A stretch of 64,000 nt of DNA, from assembly GCF_006345805.1 (NCBI RefSeq), contig NC_042999.1, forward strand, positions 22,754,001-22,818,000, in the 5' to 3' direction. Origin of the DNA: Octopus sinensis (taxonomy: Eukaryota). Positions 11,056-25,550 of the stretch are shown piece by piece (positions within the stretch are counted from its first letter, which is position 1; every line of letters begins with the position of its first letter). A program made the position numbers and the translations under genes. Under the pieces are notes generated by a model, which worked only from the letters and a program-made list of their open reading frames with translations, did not search any database and was not told where the DNA came from.

Positions 11056-11223
11056 CACGCATGCGTATTTCCCATATACGTTACGTAGCTGTGACGTAAA
11101 AGTAATTAGGAATAATACGTTGATTATGTGGTCGGATTCTTCTATTTTTGAAAGATCTTTATTTCCTAACAACTATTATTTGTTTGTTTACCGTCTTTCA
11201 TCACCAGTGTATTGAGGCAATAA

Positions 11224-12480
11224 CTACCACCACCACCACCACCCACCACACCACCACCACCACCACCACCACCACCACCACCACAACAACAACAACCACC
11301 ACCACCACCACCACCACCACCACCACCACCACAACAACCACCACCACCACCACCACCACCACCACCACCACCACCACCACCACCACAACCACCACACCAC
11401 CACACCCACACACCACCACCACCACCACCACCACACAAACACCACCACCACCAACACCACCACCAAAACCACCACCACCACCACCCACCACACCACCACA
11501 CAACCACCACCACCACCACCACCACCACCACCCACCACCACAACCACCACACCACACCACCACCACCACCACCACCACCACCACCACCACCACACCACCA
11601 CCCACCACCACCATCATATCATCATCATCATCAGCGTTTCATCGTTGTCATCGCCGTCACATTCATTGTCACTATCGTCGCTGTCATCGTCGACGTTGTC
11701 GTCGTTGGCTTCATCACCACCACCTCCGGCATCATCATCCTCATCATCCTCATCACCACCACCACCACCATTACCACCTCCATCACCACCACCACCACCA
11801 CTACCACCACTATCATCGTCGTCGTCACCATCCTCATCATCCTCATCATCATCATCATCGTCATCACCACCACCGTCCCCATCAGTATCATCCTCCTCCT
11901 CCTCCTCTTCCTCACCACCACCACCACCACCACCACCACCACCACAACCACCACCACCACCACACCACCACCACAACCAACAACCACCACCACCACCACC
12001 ACCACAACCACCACCACCACCACAACAACCACAAAACCACCAACCACCACCACCCAACACCAACACCACCAAAACCACCACCACCACCACCACAACCACC
12101 ACAATACATACCACTCATCATCATCAATTCACCCTCACTACCCTCTTCACACCATTGCCATCACCAACACGAAAAACACCAACGACACTACCACCACCAC
12201 CTCCATCACCTCCACAACCACCACCACCGTCACCACCATTACCACCGTTACCACCACCACCACCACCACCACCACCACCACCACCACCACCACCACCGTC
12301 ACCACCATACCACCGTTACCACCACCACCAAAACCACCACCACCCAACACCACCACCACCGTCACCACCATTACCACCGTTACCACCACCACCACCACCA
12401 CCACCACCACCACCACCGTCACCACCATTACCACCGTTACCACCACCACCACCACCACCACCACCGCTTCCACCTCCACC
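11224..12480. repeat. Degenerate (CAC/CAT/CGT)n trinucleotide array
   Basis: About 1.25 kb of CAC-type triplets with many indels; a longer unit containing accaccgtcaccaccattaccaccgttacc recurs about 4 times near 12220-12450. Confidence 0.95.
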
Positions 12481-13117
12481 ACATCGTTATCTCCATTTAA
12501 TTCTATTAGAGCGCGTTTATTTGATGTTAATAAATCGACGTTGATAAAACTGAACATGTTATTTTGATGAAATATCAGCCTCCAAGTCATTCGTTTTGAA
12601 GCATCACAGAACAACAGATAAGCTGCTGCTGCTGCTGCTGATGACGGTGATGACGATGATGATGATGATGATAACGTTGATGGTGGTGACGGTGATGATG
12701 ATGAGCTGAGTTAACGATCTGATTTCGATTCCCACATAAATGACAATAAATTCAATTTATGTGTCATCTTTAATCTTTATGTGTTTGTGTGTGTTTATGT
12801 GCGAGTGTACGTGTGTATATATATACACATATATATACACACATACGCATAAATATATATATATATATAAAGAGAGAGAGAGAGAGAGAAATAAAGAGTG
12901 AGCGAGGGAGAGAGAGATATGCATACATACATACATACATACATATATTATGGCTGCCCCCTCGTTATCGAGTATGGCCATTGCACGAAGCTTAACTGTT
13001 ACTGGTTACATACATACATACATATATACATACATACATACATACTTACATACATACATACATACATACGTACATACATTCATACATACATACATATATA
13101 CATACATACAGTTAGTT

Positions 13118-13302
13118 TTTCCTTTGGATTGGCCAGATTGGAGCAATCTCGAGTATAACCAGCCGAAATTGCAAAGATTATCTGGAACTCGACTGAAGAA
13201 AGAAAACTCCGAATGACCCGTCCTTGTTTTCTTTGTATCGTCTGTCTGGATGATTTGTTGTCCCTTTTTTGTATCACCTAACTGTCTGGATGTCCCATTT
13301 TG

Positions 13303-13307
<5 letters not shown>
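13118..13307 (+). mobile_element. Family F insert (PLE-terminus-like) within (TACA)n/(TA)n
   Basis: ggccagattggagcaatctc..ccagccgaaattgc..gactgaag..gaatgacccgtcc matches the arms at 46685-47106. Confidence 0.6.
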
Positions 13308-13342
<35 letters not shown>

Positions 13343-13364
13343 CACACACACACTATATGTGTGT

Positions 13365-13745
13365 ATGGCCATGCTGGGGCAACACCTTGAAAGGTTTAGT
13401 CAAATGGACCCCAGTATTATATTTTGCGCCTGATTTTTATATTGGTACTTTTTCGAAACGATAGTTTACGGAAACGTATACAAACTAGCACCGGTTGACA
13501 CGCAGTGGTGGTGGTGGTGGTGGTGGTGGTGTTGGACAAACGCAAACACAATTACACACATATAGATATATACATATTTATCTTCTTCCAGTTCCCATCT
13601 ACCAAATTTACTCACGAGACTTTCGTTGGCGCTGGGGCTATAGCAGAAAGACAGACATACCCTAGGTGTTACGCAGCGGTACTGAACTCGGAACCACGTT
13701 GTTGAGAAGCAAGCTTCTTGCCACATAGCTATGCCTGTGTCTGTA
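13365..13745 (-). mobile_element. SINE family B (diverged)
   Basis: ggccatgctggggc..accggttgac..gaactcggaaccacgttgttgagaagcaagcttctt. Confidence 0.7.
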
Positions 13746-14084
13746 AACAGCCATGCCAGTCCCTGTGTGTGTACTTTATTTGTGAATTAAGGTTATCATT
13801 GGTTTCATGTTAAGGAATACCTCAACAATTAATCAAGCCCGTCCCATAGAAGATAAGTGTTCATCTATAACATAAAACCAATGGCAGCTTTAATACACAA
13901 ATAAAGAACCAATGATTCTCATAACGAATGGCTGAGCACCCATTTTCATTGTTCGATATTTACTAATTTATTTATTAATTATTTTATTATTCTATTTTAT
14001 TTTTAACCTGATGAGTGGCTATATTTATTTCGAAATGATTTTACTACTACTATTAATTATATATGTATATATGTGTGTGTATGT

Positions 14085-14163
<79 letters not shown>

Positions 14164-14179
14164 TGTGTGTGTGTGTGTC

Positions 14180-14865
14180 GATGGTTTCATTTTGGTCAGC
14201 TGAAAACAGTTTTGGCACAAGCTTGGCAGACACGCGTCTCATACCCAAATCTTTAGTGATAATGGACTGAATTGAACCATAAGTAATCAGCACATCCTGT
14301 GATATCTACGGATGGTGATTTGACAGTTTCCCTTCACAGCTGCAAGCACATCTGCGTTGTTTTTGTCAGTTCTACTGTTTGAGGGTCTTCCAGAACGTTC
14401 GTCCATGCCGACACTTTTCGGTCATCTTGGAAACGTCTGAATCACTCGTACACTTCTGTGCAGCTCATACACACCTCTCCATACACTTTCTGCAACTTTG
14501 CGTGGGCCTCTGAGCAGGTATCGCCATGACAACTTTCTCTGTCGTGGTCAGTGTGATGACCACACGCTACACATCTTCCTTCCAAGCACTACTGTAAACA
14601 GGGGAGGTAAGCTGGAACGTTAAAAGCAGAGTTCAAGATTACTCTGTGTCAAACGGCTTCATTCTGCGTGCTTTAGCTTTGTTACTATGGCTTTGGGTAA
14701 AAGAAAATACAGAAGGATCAGTTAATTATGATTTTATTCAACATATTCCGCTCTCAGATTCCCACACTTATTGCAGCGACCCCTCAGTTTTTCTAAGCTC
14801 TGTTAAATAACTGGGAAGGCTAGGTCTCCAATCGGTCCTTCATGATCCCCTTAAAACCAGGAACT
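14180..14865 (-). pseudogene. Tc1/mariner transposase remnants
   Basis: Minus-strand translation EAHAKLQKVYGE..FRRFQD..ERSGRP..SIQSIITKDLGMRRVSAKLVPK (HTH region and WVPHEL-like motif); 14710-14865 resembles a mariner C-terminus and 3' UTR. Confidence 0.75.
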
Positions 14866-16169
14866 TACACACACACACACAGACACTCACACAACGTTCT
14901 GAGTTCAAATCCTTCCGTCGAGGTCATTTTTTTCCCTTTCATCCATGCTTCCGGTTTATCGATAAGCTTAGGCAGTACTACTTAAGCTCTAGCGTTCGAT
15001 CTAATCGATTATAGCCATCAGCGAATAATTAGAGGTATTATTCTTATGTTAAAAAAAATCTATATCAATATCTTTTTTCAAAGAAAGTGTTAATTTATTT
15101 AATGTTGTGATTATCAAAAAAGAAAAAGAAGAAACTCTAATTAGAAATAATAATTATAAGATTAGTTTCAGACAACAATATTAACTCAGTGACTTCCATT
15201 TATTTCCCTTCTAAGTCATTATGTCCTATCATCATCATCACCATCATCAGCATGGTGATCAACGACGTCGACGTCCTCTTTCTACTCGTCATCCGCCTTC
15301 TCCTCATCATCATTATCACCACCACCACCACCACCACCACCACCATCAGCAACTTCCCCCTCCATTATCGTCACCGCCGTCGTTGTCGTCGTCGTCGCCG
15401 CCGCCGCTGCCGCAGCCGTCGTCATCATCTTCTTTAAATATTAACACTGCTATCATTATTGACATCAGAATCTTAGTCAGACTCATCGTCATGATCATCG
15501 TTATCATCATCATCATTACCACTGCCGCCGCCACTGACACCGCCTTAACCACCAGCGCCAGAACAACCACCACCACCACCACCACCACCAACCACCACCA
15601 TCACCATCACCATCACCATCATCATCATCATCATCATCATCCTCATCATCATCATCATCATCAACACTATCATCATTCATTCATTCATTCATTATCATGT
15701 CTTTCCACTGCTTGTATTGCGATAACACTTGTAGTTCCATATAGTTTTTTTTCTCCTCCTCTCTCTCTTTCTCTCCCCCTCTCTGACTTTCTCTCCCCCC
15801 CCCCTCTCTCTGTCTCTCCACTGTGCTTGTTCTTATTTACGGAAGATAAGTACTTGCTCTGCTCTCCGAACATTGTTTATAATTTAACTTGGCTTGATTA
15901 AAACTGTGACCCAAGCCATCATTGGCGAATATATGACGAAATGTAAAGCACCACCAACCAACTGCACACTCTACTTTCTTACCAGCAAAGCCAACACTGC
16001 GTACAGCCAACCATTACACACAACAACATAAACATACTACACGTACACATACACGAAATAGCATAAAAACACCACACACACACACACATAGAGGGAAAAG
16101 ATGAAATTAGTAGGGAGTATATACAGCTTTACAAATTTCTATTGACAACAAACACGAAAGTCAACAATA

Positions 16170-16440
16170 AAAAGAAAGCAGCTTTGGTCTCCCAACTCAT
16201 CAGGCTTCGTAGAAGAAACTGAAGAAGTGAAAAGACCGTTCACTCGTAAAATAACTTCGGTTAAAAGCCTTAATTACTGGGCATACCTGAAAGTTGTTCG
16301 TCTCTATTCTCTTGAACGCAGGAAATAGAGATATATTAATATATACGTACAGGAAATCCTGGAGTAGCACGTTCCAAACTTCGGCATTAGAGAGATTTTT
16401 AATGCACGAACTGGTAGATATTGTCAGTCTCCAAATATAC
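16170..16440 (+). pseudogene. CR1-group LINE ORF2 C-terminal remnant
   Basis: QLWSPNSSGFVEETEEVKRPFTRKITSVKSLNYWAYLKVVRLYSLERR*RY..VPNFGI matches the WSP..LE.VQR.FT..L.YW.RL..L.LYSLERRR post-RT motif. Confidence 0.75.
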
Positions 16441-16467
16441 CACTGTAGTGGTGTAGGTAGGTAAATA

Positions 16468-17132
16468 GTTGAATGATCTCCCTTGCAAGAAAGATCATAG
16501 AGTAACCTCCCTTCTCCAAGTTTCTCGAGGCATCAATATCAAGAGACATAATTCTTAATTATTCAAGAAGCTTGGCGTTGAATGATCTTCCTTGCAAGAA
16601 AGATCATAGATTAACCCCCCGCCTTTTCTAAGTTTCTCGAGGCATCAATATCACAAGACATAATTCTTAATTATTCAAGAAGCTTGGTGTTGAATGATCT
16701 CCCTTGAAAGAAAGATCATAAATTAACCCCCCCCCCTTTCTAAGTTTCTCGAGGCATCGATATCACGAGACATAATTCTTAATTATTCAAGAAGCTTGGC
16801 GTTGAATGATCTTCCTTGCAAGAAAGATATAGATTAACCCCCCGCCTTTTCTAAGTTTCTCGAGGCATCAATATCACAAGACATAATTCTTAATTATTCA
16901 AGAAGCTTGGTGTTGAATGATCTCCCTTGAAAGAAAGATCATAAATTAACCCCCCCCCCTTTCTAAGTTTCTCGAGGCATCGATATCACGAGACATAATT
17001 CTTAATTATTCAAGAAGCTTGGCGTTGAATGATCTTCCTTGCAAGAAAGATCATAAAGTAACCTCCTTTTCCTAAGTTTCTCGAGGCATCAATATCACGA
17101 GAGGTAATTCTTAATTATTCAAGGAGCTTGGT
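16468..17132. repeat. Minisatellite, 6 units of 109-112 bp with dimeric higher-order pattern
   Basis: Units start gttgaatgatct at 16468, 16577, 16689, 16801, 16912, 17024; unit 2 is near-identical to 4 and unit 3 to 5. Confidence 0.95.
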
Positions 17133-17465
17133 GTTTCTCTTGGAAGTTTCTAGAATGTCTTAAGTTCCATTAATAAAAACAGCTTCCTAACCCAAATTTT
17201 TAGCGCCTTAGTCGATTTGACTTAGAGCCATTCACGCCTTTGCTATGTACGTCTATTTCTCTATGTCACATAACTAAAAGGCACCACTAAGCTGTTATTC
17301 TACATTTTCTTTCTCTGAACTTTCTTGTATAGACTACTTCATTCAACTAGCTTCTACAATTTGATTCCAAGTATCAACATCGAAAGAAGAATAAAATAAA
17401 TTTATTCTTTCATTTCCCTATGCACTCTTGTAATAACATGTACGCAGCCATATCAACACCTTGTT

Positions 17466-17766
17466 TGTTCCTTTTCGAGCTATGCCTGGCTCATCAGGGC
17501 CGGTTTCCCGGTTTCATTGGTGTATAGGTTCCTCACCTGGTCGGGACGTCGGTCCGACGCAGGTGAGCCGCAAGATGCAGGAGGAAAGAGTACGAGAAAG
17601 TTCTGGCGAAAGAGTCAGCAGAAGTTCGCCATTACCTTCTGTCGGAGCCGCGTGGAGCTTAGGTGTTTCGCTCATAAACACACACATCGCCCGGCCTGAG
17701 ATTCGAATCCGTGATCCCTCGACCGCGAGTCCGCTGCTCTAACCACTAGGCCATGTGCCTCCACAC
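17466..17766 (-). mobile_element. SINE family C, tail variant 2 (diverged)
   Basis: Homologous to 3585-3901; TSD atcaacaccttgt on both sides. Confidence 0.8.
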
Positions 17767-17959
17767 ATCAACACCTTGTACTGACTATATATTCCACTTC
17801 ATTAATTGGCGATCTCCGACTCATTACACCACCTTCGAAGTCACAAGCAAAAACACTCTATTATAACAGTCTGATATTATGGGGTCCTCTACTGTTCAGC
17901 TACCCTGCCTATTAAAAGAAATGAGAAATATAAAAGGGACCTCTACTGAAAAATTACTC

Positions 17960-18182
17960 TTTTACTCTTTTTTGCTTGTTTCAGTCATTTGGCTGTGGCC
18001 ATGCTCGAGCACCGCCTTTAGTCGAGCACATCGACCCAGGACTTATTCTTTGTAAGCCTAGTACTTATTCTATCTATCTCTCTTGCCGAACCGCTAAGTT
18101 ACAGGGACGTAAACACACCAGCATCGGTTGTCAAGCGATGTTGGAAAGACAAACATAGACACACAAACATACACACACACAC

Positions 18183-18223
<41 letters not shown>

Positions 18224-18395
18224 TATATACGGACGGGCTTCTTTCAATTTCCGTATACCAAATCCACTCACAAGGCTTTGGTCGGCCCGAAGCTCTAGTA
18301 GAAGACACTTGTCTAAGGTGCCACGCAGTGGGACTGAACCCGGAACCATGTGGTTGGTAAGCAAGCTACTTGCCACACAGCCACTCCTACGCCTA
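17960..18395 (-). mobile_element. SINE family B, full length
   Basis: Minus-strand tRNA-like head aggcgtaggagtggctgtgtgg..ccgggttcagtccc, internal (TA)n, tail ..gactgaaacaagcaaaaaagagtaaaagag. Confidence 0.9.
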
Positions 18396-18425
18396 TCAAG
18401 AAAAAAATTGGATAAACTGGATATA

Positions 18426-18867
18426 GACGCAGGTGTGGCTGTGTGGTAAGAAGCTTGTTACCCAACAACACGGTCCCGGATTCAGTCCCACTGCGTGGCA
18501 CCTTTGGTAAGTGTTTTCTACTGTAGTCTTGGGCTGATTGAAGCATTGTGAGTAGATCTGGTTCACGGAAACTAAAAAAAAAACTGTCGTACATATATAA
18601 CGTAACTACACGTATTCCGCAGGCGATTTCTTCTCTTTCTTTGGATTTTCCCTTTCTCCTTTCCGACGAAGAGCTATGCTCGAAATGTTAAACTCCCTCC
18701 TTTCACCAAGCATCAAGCTAATAAAATTCTTGTCCATGTCCTCACATTCATTGTTTTCCTTTTGTTTTCGTTTTTTTCCGTTTATTTGAATTGTTTTTTT
18801 TGTAAATTTACTATATGTATATATATATGTATATATATATGTATATATATGCATGTATATATATATG

Positions 18868-18900
<33 letters not shown>

Positions 18901-19110
18901 ATGTCTGTGTTTGTCCACCACATCATCTCTTGATAATCGATGTTGAGGTGTTTACGTCTCCGCAACCTAGCGGTTCGGCAAAAGAGCCCGATAGAATAAG
19001 TACTAGGCTTACAAAGAATAAATCCTGGGGTCAATTCGTTCGACTAAAGGCGGTGCTCCAGCACGGCCGCAGTCAAATGACTGAAACTAGTAAAAGAATA
19101 AAAGAATATA
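18426..19110 (+). mobile_element. SINE family B interrupted in its internal microsatellite
   Basis: Head 18426-18600, foreign insert 18603-18810, then (TA)n and tail 18880-19110. Confidence 0.85.
18660..18692 (+). ncRNA. Degenerate minimal hammerhead-like motif
   Basis: ttt CCGACGA a GAGC tat GCTC GAA AT GT T aaa: U4C in core, U-G in stem III, 3-bp stem I. Confidence 0.35.
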
Positions 19111-19139
19111 CATATAATATATATATATATATATAGCCA

Positions 19140-19308
19140 ATACACACTTTATTTTTATCTCCTTGTTTCTTTCTGTGTTCCTTTCTGTGGATGAGCGTAG
19201 GCTCGAAACGTATAAGACTTTTTCAATTCCCGAGCGTTATACTAATACATCTTTCTTGTTTTCTACATCACCTGCCTTCGTCTTTTGTTCTTTTCGAGAA
19301 TTCTCCCC
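19140..19308 (+). mobile_element. Family G insert (copy 2) with A6U hammerhead-like motif at 19181-19217
   Basis: cttt CTGTGGA t GAGC gtag GCTC GAA AC GT A taaga; flanked by (TA)n on both sides. Confidence 0.6.
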
Positions 19309-19846
19309 ATATACATATATATATATATATATATATAATTATATATATATATATATATATATATACCAACACATATATATTGGTGTGTTTATGTCCCCGT
19401 AGCTTAACGGTTCGGCAATAGTCACCGATAGAATACTAGTTTTGAGAAAATAGAAGCCCTGGGGGGGGGCTCTATTTGTTCAACTATAAACTCTTCAAAG
19501 TGGTGCTACAGCATGGCCGCAGTCAAATGACCGACGGCTATAATAGAAGACATTTGTCCATGATACCGCACACCAGACATGTCCATTTTTGTGTTTTTGT
19601 CGCTGATGTATATCTGCATGACAGCACGCCCCCCACCCCACCTCCAATCAGCAATTTATCTTATTCTCTAAAAGATCTATCACAACTAATCGAATTATGT
19701 AAGAAATGGAAAGTCTAAGAGCTTGGTGGCATTGGCGAACGAGAAAGCCATTTCCTGAAAGACGCTGTTGTTATTGTTCTTTTTCTTTCTCTTTCACACC
19801 ACCACGGTGATGACGACTATCCACCACACCCTATCAACAAAACTTC

Positions 19847-19931
<85 letters not shown>

Positions 19932-19936
19932 TTATA

Positions 19937-20034
<98 letters not shown>

Positions 20035-20341
20035 TTATTATTTTTATTATTATTATATTTTATTATTATCATCATTATCATGAGTGTATTGTTTATTGTT
20101 ATTATTATTATATTATTATTATTATTATTATTATTTTTTATTATATTATTATTATTATTTATTATTATTATTATTATTATTATCATCATTATCATGAGTG
20201 TTATGTTATGTTATTATTATTATTATTATTATATTATTATTATTATTATTATTATTTCATCATCATCATTATCATTATTGTTATTGTATTATTATTATTA
20301 TTATTATTTTATTTACTATTATTATTATTATTATTACTATT

Positions 20342-20372
<31 letters not shown>

Positions 20373-20479
20373 TTTTTATATTATTATTATTATCATTATT
20401 ACGTTATTAATTTTTATTATTATTATTATTATTATCATTATTACTATTATCATCATTATTATTATTATTATTATTATTA

Positions 20480-20535
<56 letters not shown>
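19847..20535. repeat. (TTA)n microsatellite, degenerate
   Basis: About 690 bp of TTA triplets. Confidence 0.95.
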
Positions 20536-20536
<1 letters not shown>

Positions 20537-20792
20537 CAACGTTATCGACAAAAACATCACTATCACCGTCTGAAACTATTACGACTACCACAAAAACGGA
20601 GAGGCAACGACGAATACGACAACGTCGCCATCTTAGTTCAAATCACATTATACGGTGTCTTCAAATGTTTCGTTTGATCAGCATCTGTGTTCCATTGATC
20701 TTCGTATGTTCATTGGAAATACAAGCTGTTTTTGATTGATTCTACAGTATTGAACCGTACGTATGTATTTATACATGTATTTATATTTGTGT

Positions 20793-20844
<52 letters not shown>

Positions 20845-21029
20845 CTAATATATATATAGAATATATAATATATATACAATATATATCTATAAATATATAT
20901 ATATATACATATATATAGATATATATATATATTACATATATATATATATTATTATATATATATATATATATATCTATATATATATATATATAATTATACA
21001 TACTTATATTATATAATATATATATAATA

Positions 21030-21070
<41 letters not shown>

Positions 21071-22070
21071 CCACACATACGTAAATGTGTGTATGCGCGT
21101 GTGGAGTATCTATGTACCGCACATGCCTTTATGTAGCTAGCTACTTAAATATGTAGTGTGTAATTGTACGTATTTATCTGTGTATAGGTATATGGTGGAG
21201 TGTGTATATGTACTGTTTGTATCTGCTTATGTATGTGTCTGGATGTGTGAATCAATGCATGTAAGTATGAATATGTATGTATATATGTATGTATGTATGT
21301 ATGTATGCATGTTGTTATGTATGTATGTATGTATGTATGTATGTATGAACAGGTAGATAGATAAATAGATAGAAAGAAAGGAAAGAAGGAAGGAAGGTAG
21401 AATGATTGATTCATTCATTGGTTGATGTATTCGTGTATGTATGTGGGTGTATATATATATATGCATATATACAAACATACACTCTCATACATATATATTA
21501 TATCATATATATGTATATACATATTATATTATGCGTGTATATATATATATATATACATATATACACACATATATATATGCATGAGAGTACATGCAGGTAA
21601 ATATATATATGTATATGAATATATATAGATACATGCATACCTATGCATGGTTATATATGTATGTATATATATTTATATATATAATTATATATGTATATAA
21701 CTCATATTTATAAATATACACACACACATACACAAAAATATGTACACATATATTCATATATATATATGTATATATATATATAATATATACACATACATGT
21801 ACATACATATATATATGTATTTATACATGCCTACATACGTATACATATATTCAAAGTTATATATATGCATATGTGTGTGTTTGTACGTGTGTGTATATTT
21901 TTGCATGTTTTCGAATGTGTGTGTATGTAAGGTGTTGTATGATGGAATTAAAAGTGGTAACGCATCCTAGTGAATTTGAATCAGTGTGTGTATGTGCGCA
22001 CGCCTGCGTGTGTATGCATGTATGTATGTATACGTACACATCTAGAGAAATGCATATAATGTGTGTTATG

Positions 22071-22113
<43 letters not shown>

Positions 22114-22254
22114 TATATATATAAACACATTTAATATATATGGAAGAGAAAGAGAGAGATAGTAATATATATATATATATATAATATACATAACCTAGTA
22201 ATTACTTTATGTAAGATTTTGTGTCTGTTTTGTATATGTGTGTGTGCATATATA

Positions 22255-22322
<68 letters not shown>

Positions 22323-22544
22323 GGAGAGTGAAAGATATTTAGAGAATGATATATATATATATATCATATTTATATCCGTATATGCATACACACACACGCA
22401 CTCACACACCACACACACACATATATATATATACATATATATATATATATGTATATATACATTACATATATATACATATATTACCACACACACACACATA
22501 TATTATATATACTATATATAATATATATATCATACATAATATAC

Positions 22545-22580
<36 letters not shown>

Positions 22581-22590
22581 ACACATCTTA

Positions 22591-22621
<31 letters not shown>

Positions 22622-22635
22622 AATATAATACATAG

Positions 22636-22686
<51 letters not shown>

Positions 22687-23654
22687 GAGATAGATAATAG
22701 ATAGAGGGTGGGACCAGAGAGAACATAGTGCCAGATATTGTCTACGGGGTTATAACTCCAAATTTGGTTTGGAATATTCTTATATAGAATCAATATATGA
22801 ATTTGTCTTCATTTATATTCGCTGAGCATGAACATCCATGTATGTATGTAATGTAGTACGTGCGTATGTATGTATTAGGTATGTATGTATGTATGTATGT
22901 AGGTATGTATGTATGTATGTATGTAGGCATGTATGTAGTATTGTATATGTATGTATGTATGTAGTATGTATGTATGTATTTATGTAATGTATGTATGTAG
23001 TATGTTAGTATGTGTGTGTGTGTGGTATGTATGTAATGTATGTATGTATGTATGTATGGATGTATGTATGTATGTATGTATCAGTATATCTCATGTAAGC
23101 ACATGTTTTATGTATGTGTATACTGTTTTACGTGTACTTGTATGTATGCATGTTTACGTATAATTTTATCTTTATTTTGATCTTTTATCGGACCCACTTA
23201 TTTCACTATGAAGATGATGAAGAGGATGATGATGTCTGCATATATTTTTACGTAAGTTAAGTTTTCTCGTAAGCTGGTTTCTAACAATCTGTAGACAACA
23301 GAAATAAATTTGCAGCTTAAATTTGAGAAAAGTCTTGCATATTTTTATTGTTCCACTTACATCTTCTTAAATAGCTTACAGGTGTTGTAGTACTGCTTAA
23401 TGATGCTATGAGCATCAGCTATGAGCGTACTAGTGGAATTTCATGAGATGTAAAGCTCCATTTTTGTTATCCAATCTGAATGATGATGTTTCCTTGGTAA
23501 GTAAGCAGTGTTTATTTTATTTATGACTGAAATAAACTAGACAGTTCCTGATTTAGTCTATAGGAATTTGGCATAAATGTAGAAGAAAACTGTACAAATT
23601 ACATTTTAAACATTCCTTTACGCCCACACGTCTAGTGTTGACGGCACCATGTAT

Positions 23655-23895
23655 ACTCTTTTACTTGTTTCAGTCATTTGACTGTGGCCATGCTGGAGCA
23701 CCGCCTTTAGTCGAGCAAATCAACCCAGGACTTATTCTTTGTAAGCCTAGTACTTATTCTATCGGTTCTTTTGCCGAACCGCTAAGTTACGGGGATGTAA
23801 ACACACCAGCTCGTTTGCCAAGTTGGAAGGGCACACAAACATATACACATGCATACATACATACATACATACTATATACAACATACATGTATATA

Positions 23896-23939
<44 letters not shown>

Positions 23940-24160
23940 TAATATATATATTATATATATATATATGTATGTATATATATATATATATATATTATATATA
24001 TTATAACATATGTACGACAGGCTTCTTTCAGTTTCCGTCTGCTAAATACACTCACAAGGCTTTGGTCGGCCCGAAGCTATAAGAGAAGACAATGGGACTG
24101 AACCCGGTACCATGTGGTTGGTAAGCAAGCTACTTACCACAGAGCCACTCCTACGCCTAT
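23655..24160 (-). mobile_element. SINE family B with expanded internal (TA)n
   Basis: Tail tactcttttacttgtttcagtcatttgactg.. to head ..gccactcctacgcct. Confidence 0.9.
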
Positions 24161-24504
24161 GTATGTTTAACATTTTCATTCGTAGGAGATTTCTTATAAA
24201 GGAGAAAACTTGTTTACTAGATAACCATATTAACCGTAGGAAAGAATTACATTTTCAAAATTAGAATAGTCACACAGCTGAAATTTTGTTAGCAAGCTGG
24301 TCGTTGTTTCGAGCGATGATAATTTTGATGCTGTGTTACAAAAAATAATGGTTTAAGTGAAGTTAACGGATTTTGTTTTTTTCTGAATGATTAACTTTTG
24401 TCTTACACGCTACAATCGCTTTAGTTTCAATATGTACGATCTCAGATCAAAACACCTGCCATGCAAGTACATCTACGTTTGATATATATATATATAATAT
24501 ATAT

Positions 24505-24539
<35 letters not shown>

Positions 24540-24903
24540 TACTTTTACTTGTTTCAGTCATTTGACTGCGGCCATGCTTGAGCACTGCCTTTAGTCGAGG
24601 AAATCGCCCCCAGGACTTATTCTTTGTAAGCCTAGTACTTATTTTGTCGGTCTCTTTTGCCGAACCGCTAAGTTACGGGGGACGCAAACACATCAGTATC
24701 GGTTGTAAAGCGATGTTGGGGGGACAAACACAGACACACAAACACACACATATAGATATATACACATATATACGACGGGCTTTCAGTTTCCCTCTACCAA
24801 ATCCACTCACAAGTCTTTGGTCGGCCCGAGGCTATAAGAGAAGATACTTGCCCAAGGTCCTACGCAGTGCGACTGAACCCGGAACCATGCCACTCCTACG
24901 CCT
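24540..24903 (-). mobile_element. SINE family B
   Basis: Same consensus, small deletion in head. Confidence 0.9.
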
Positions 24904-25333
24904 GTATATATATATATATATACTGTTGTATTTGGGGGCCTTATCAGTGGCCCTTTGCTTTCTTCTTTCTTATTTGTGTGTCTTTCTTTACTAACGATCA
25001 GCCATTTTGTATTTTGTATTCCTATTGTATGTGTCTTTATTTGCGCATGCGTACACCCCTATATGTGTCTATGTTTAGTAAGTGCGCGTGTGTTTGTGGT
25101 GGGGGTGCCTGTATTATCTGTATCCTCTGTTTATATACGGTCGTTTAATTTGTTTTTATTTATTTTGTTCATGTGTTTATACTTACTTTTTATTTTTTCT
25201 ATCCTTTTTTTGTAATGAATTTAATATAATTTTGTTAACGTATAGTTTTATTTAATTCCATTTGTTTATTTGTGTATTGTATTATATTTTGTTCATAAGA
25301 ATCTTGCAAAACAAATATATAACTATATATAAT

Positions 25334-25365
<32 letters not shown>

Positions 25366-25367
25366 TA

Positions 25368-25417
<50 letters not shown>

Positions 25418-25550
25418 TAGGTGAATGAATTATCCTAGTATTGATAATTCGGTTAACCGATACCTGGGTAGCAAATTCACGTCAGAAAACACGGTTGAAG
25501 CTACATGCCAAGGGTAGAAACTCCGTGTTCTTGTGTGATAATTTGTGTAA

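Noticed and set aside
10450-12544. Long ORFs (207-450 aa) rich in Y/I/C/V or H/T/P
   Set aside because: They are translations of stop-free microsatellites; the same applies to ORFs at 19768, 38464-40278, 57103-57609 and 58994-59899.
14008-14040. CTGATGA..CGAAA hammerhead-like spacing
   Set aside because: No stem I or stem II pairing.
16468-17132. CRISPR-like regular array
   Set aside because: Units are whole near-identical ~111-bp repeats with no unique spacers, no cas genes, eukaryotic context.
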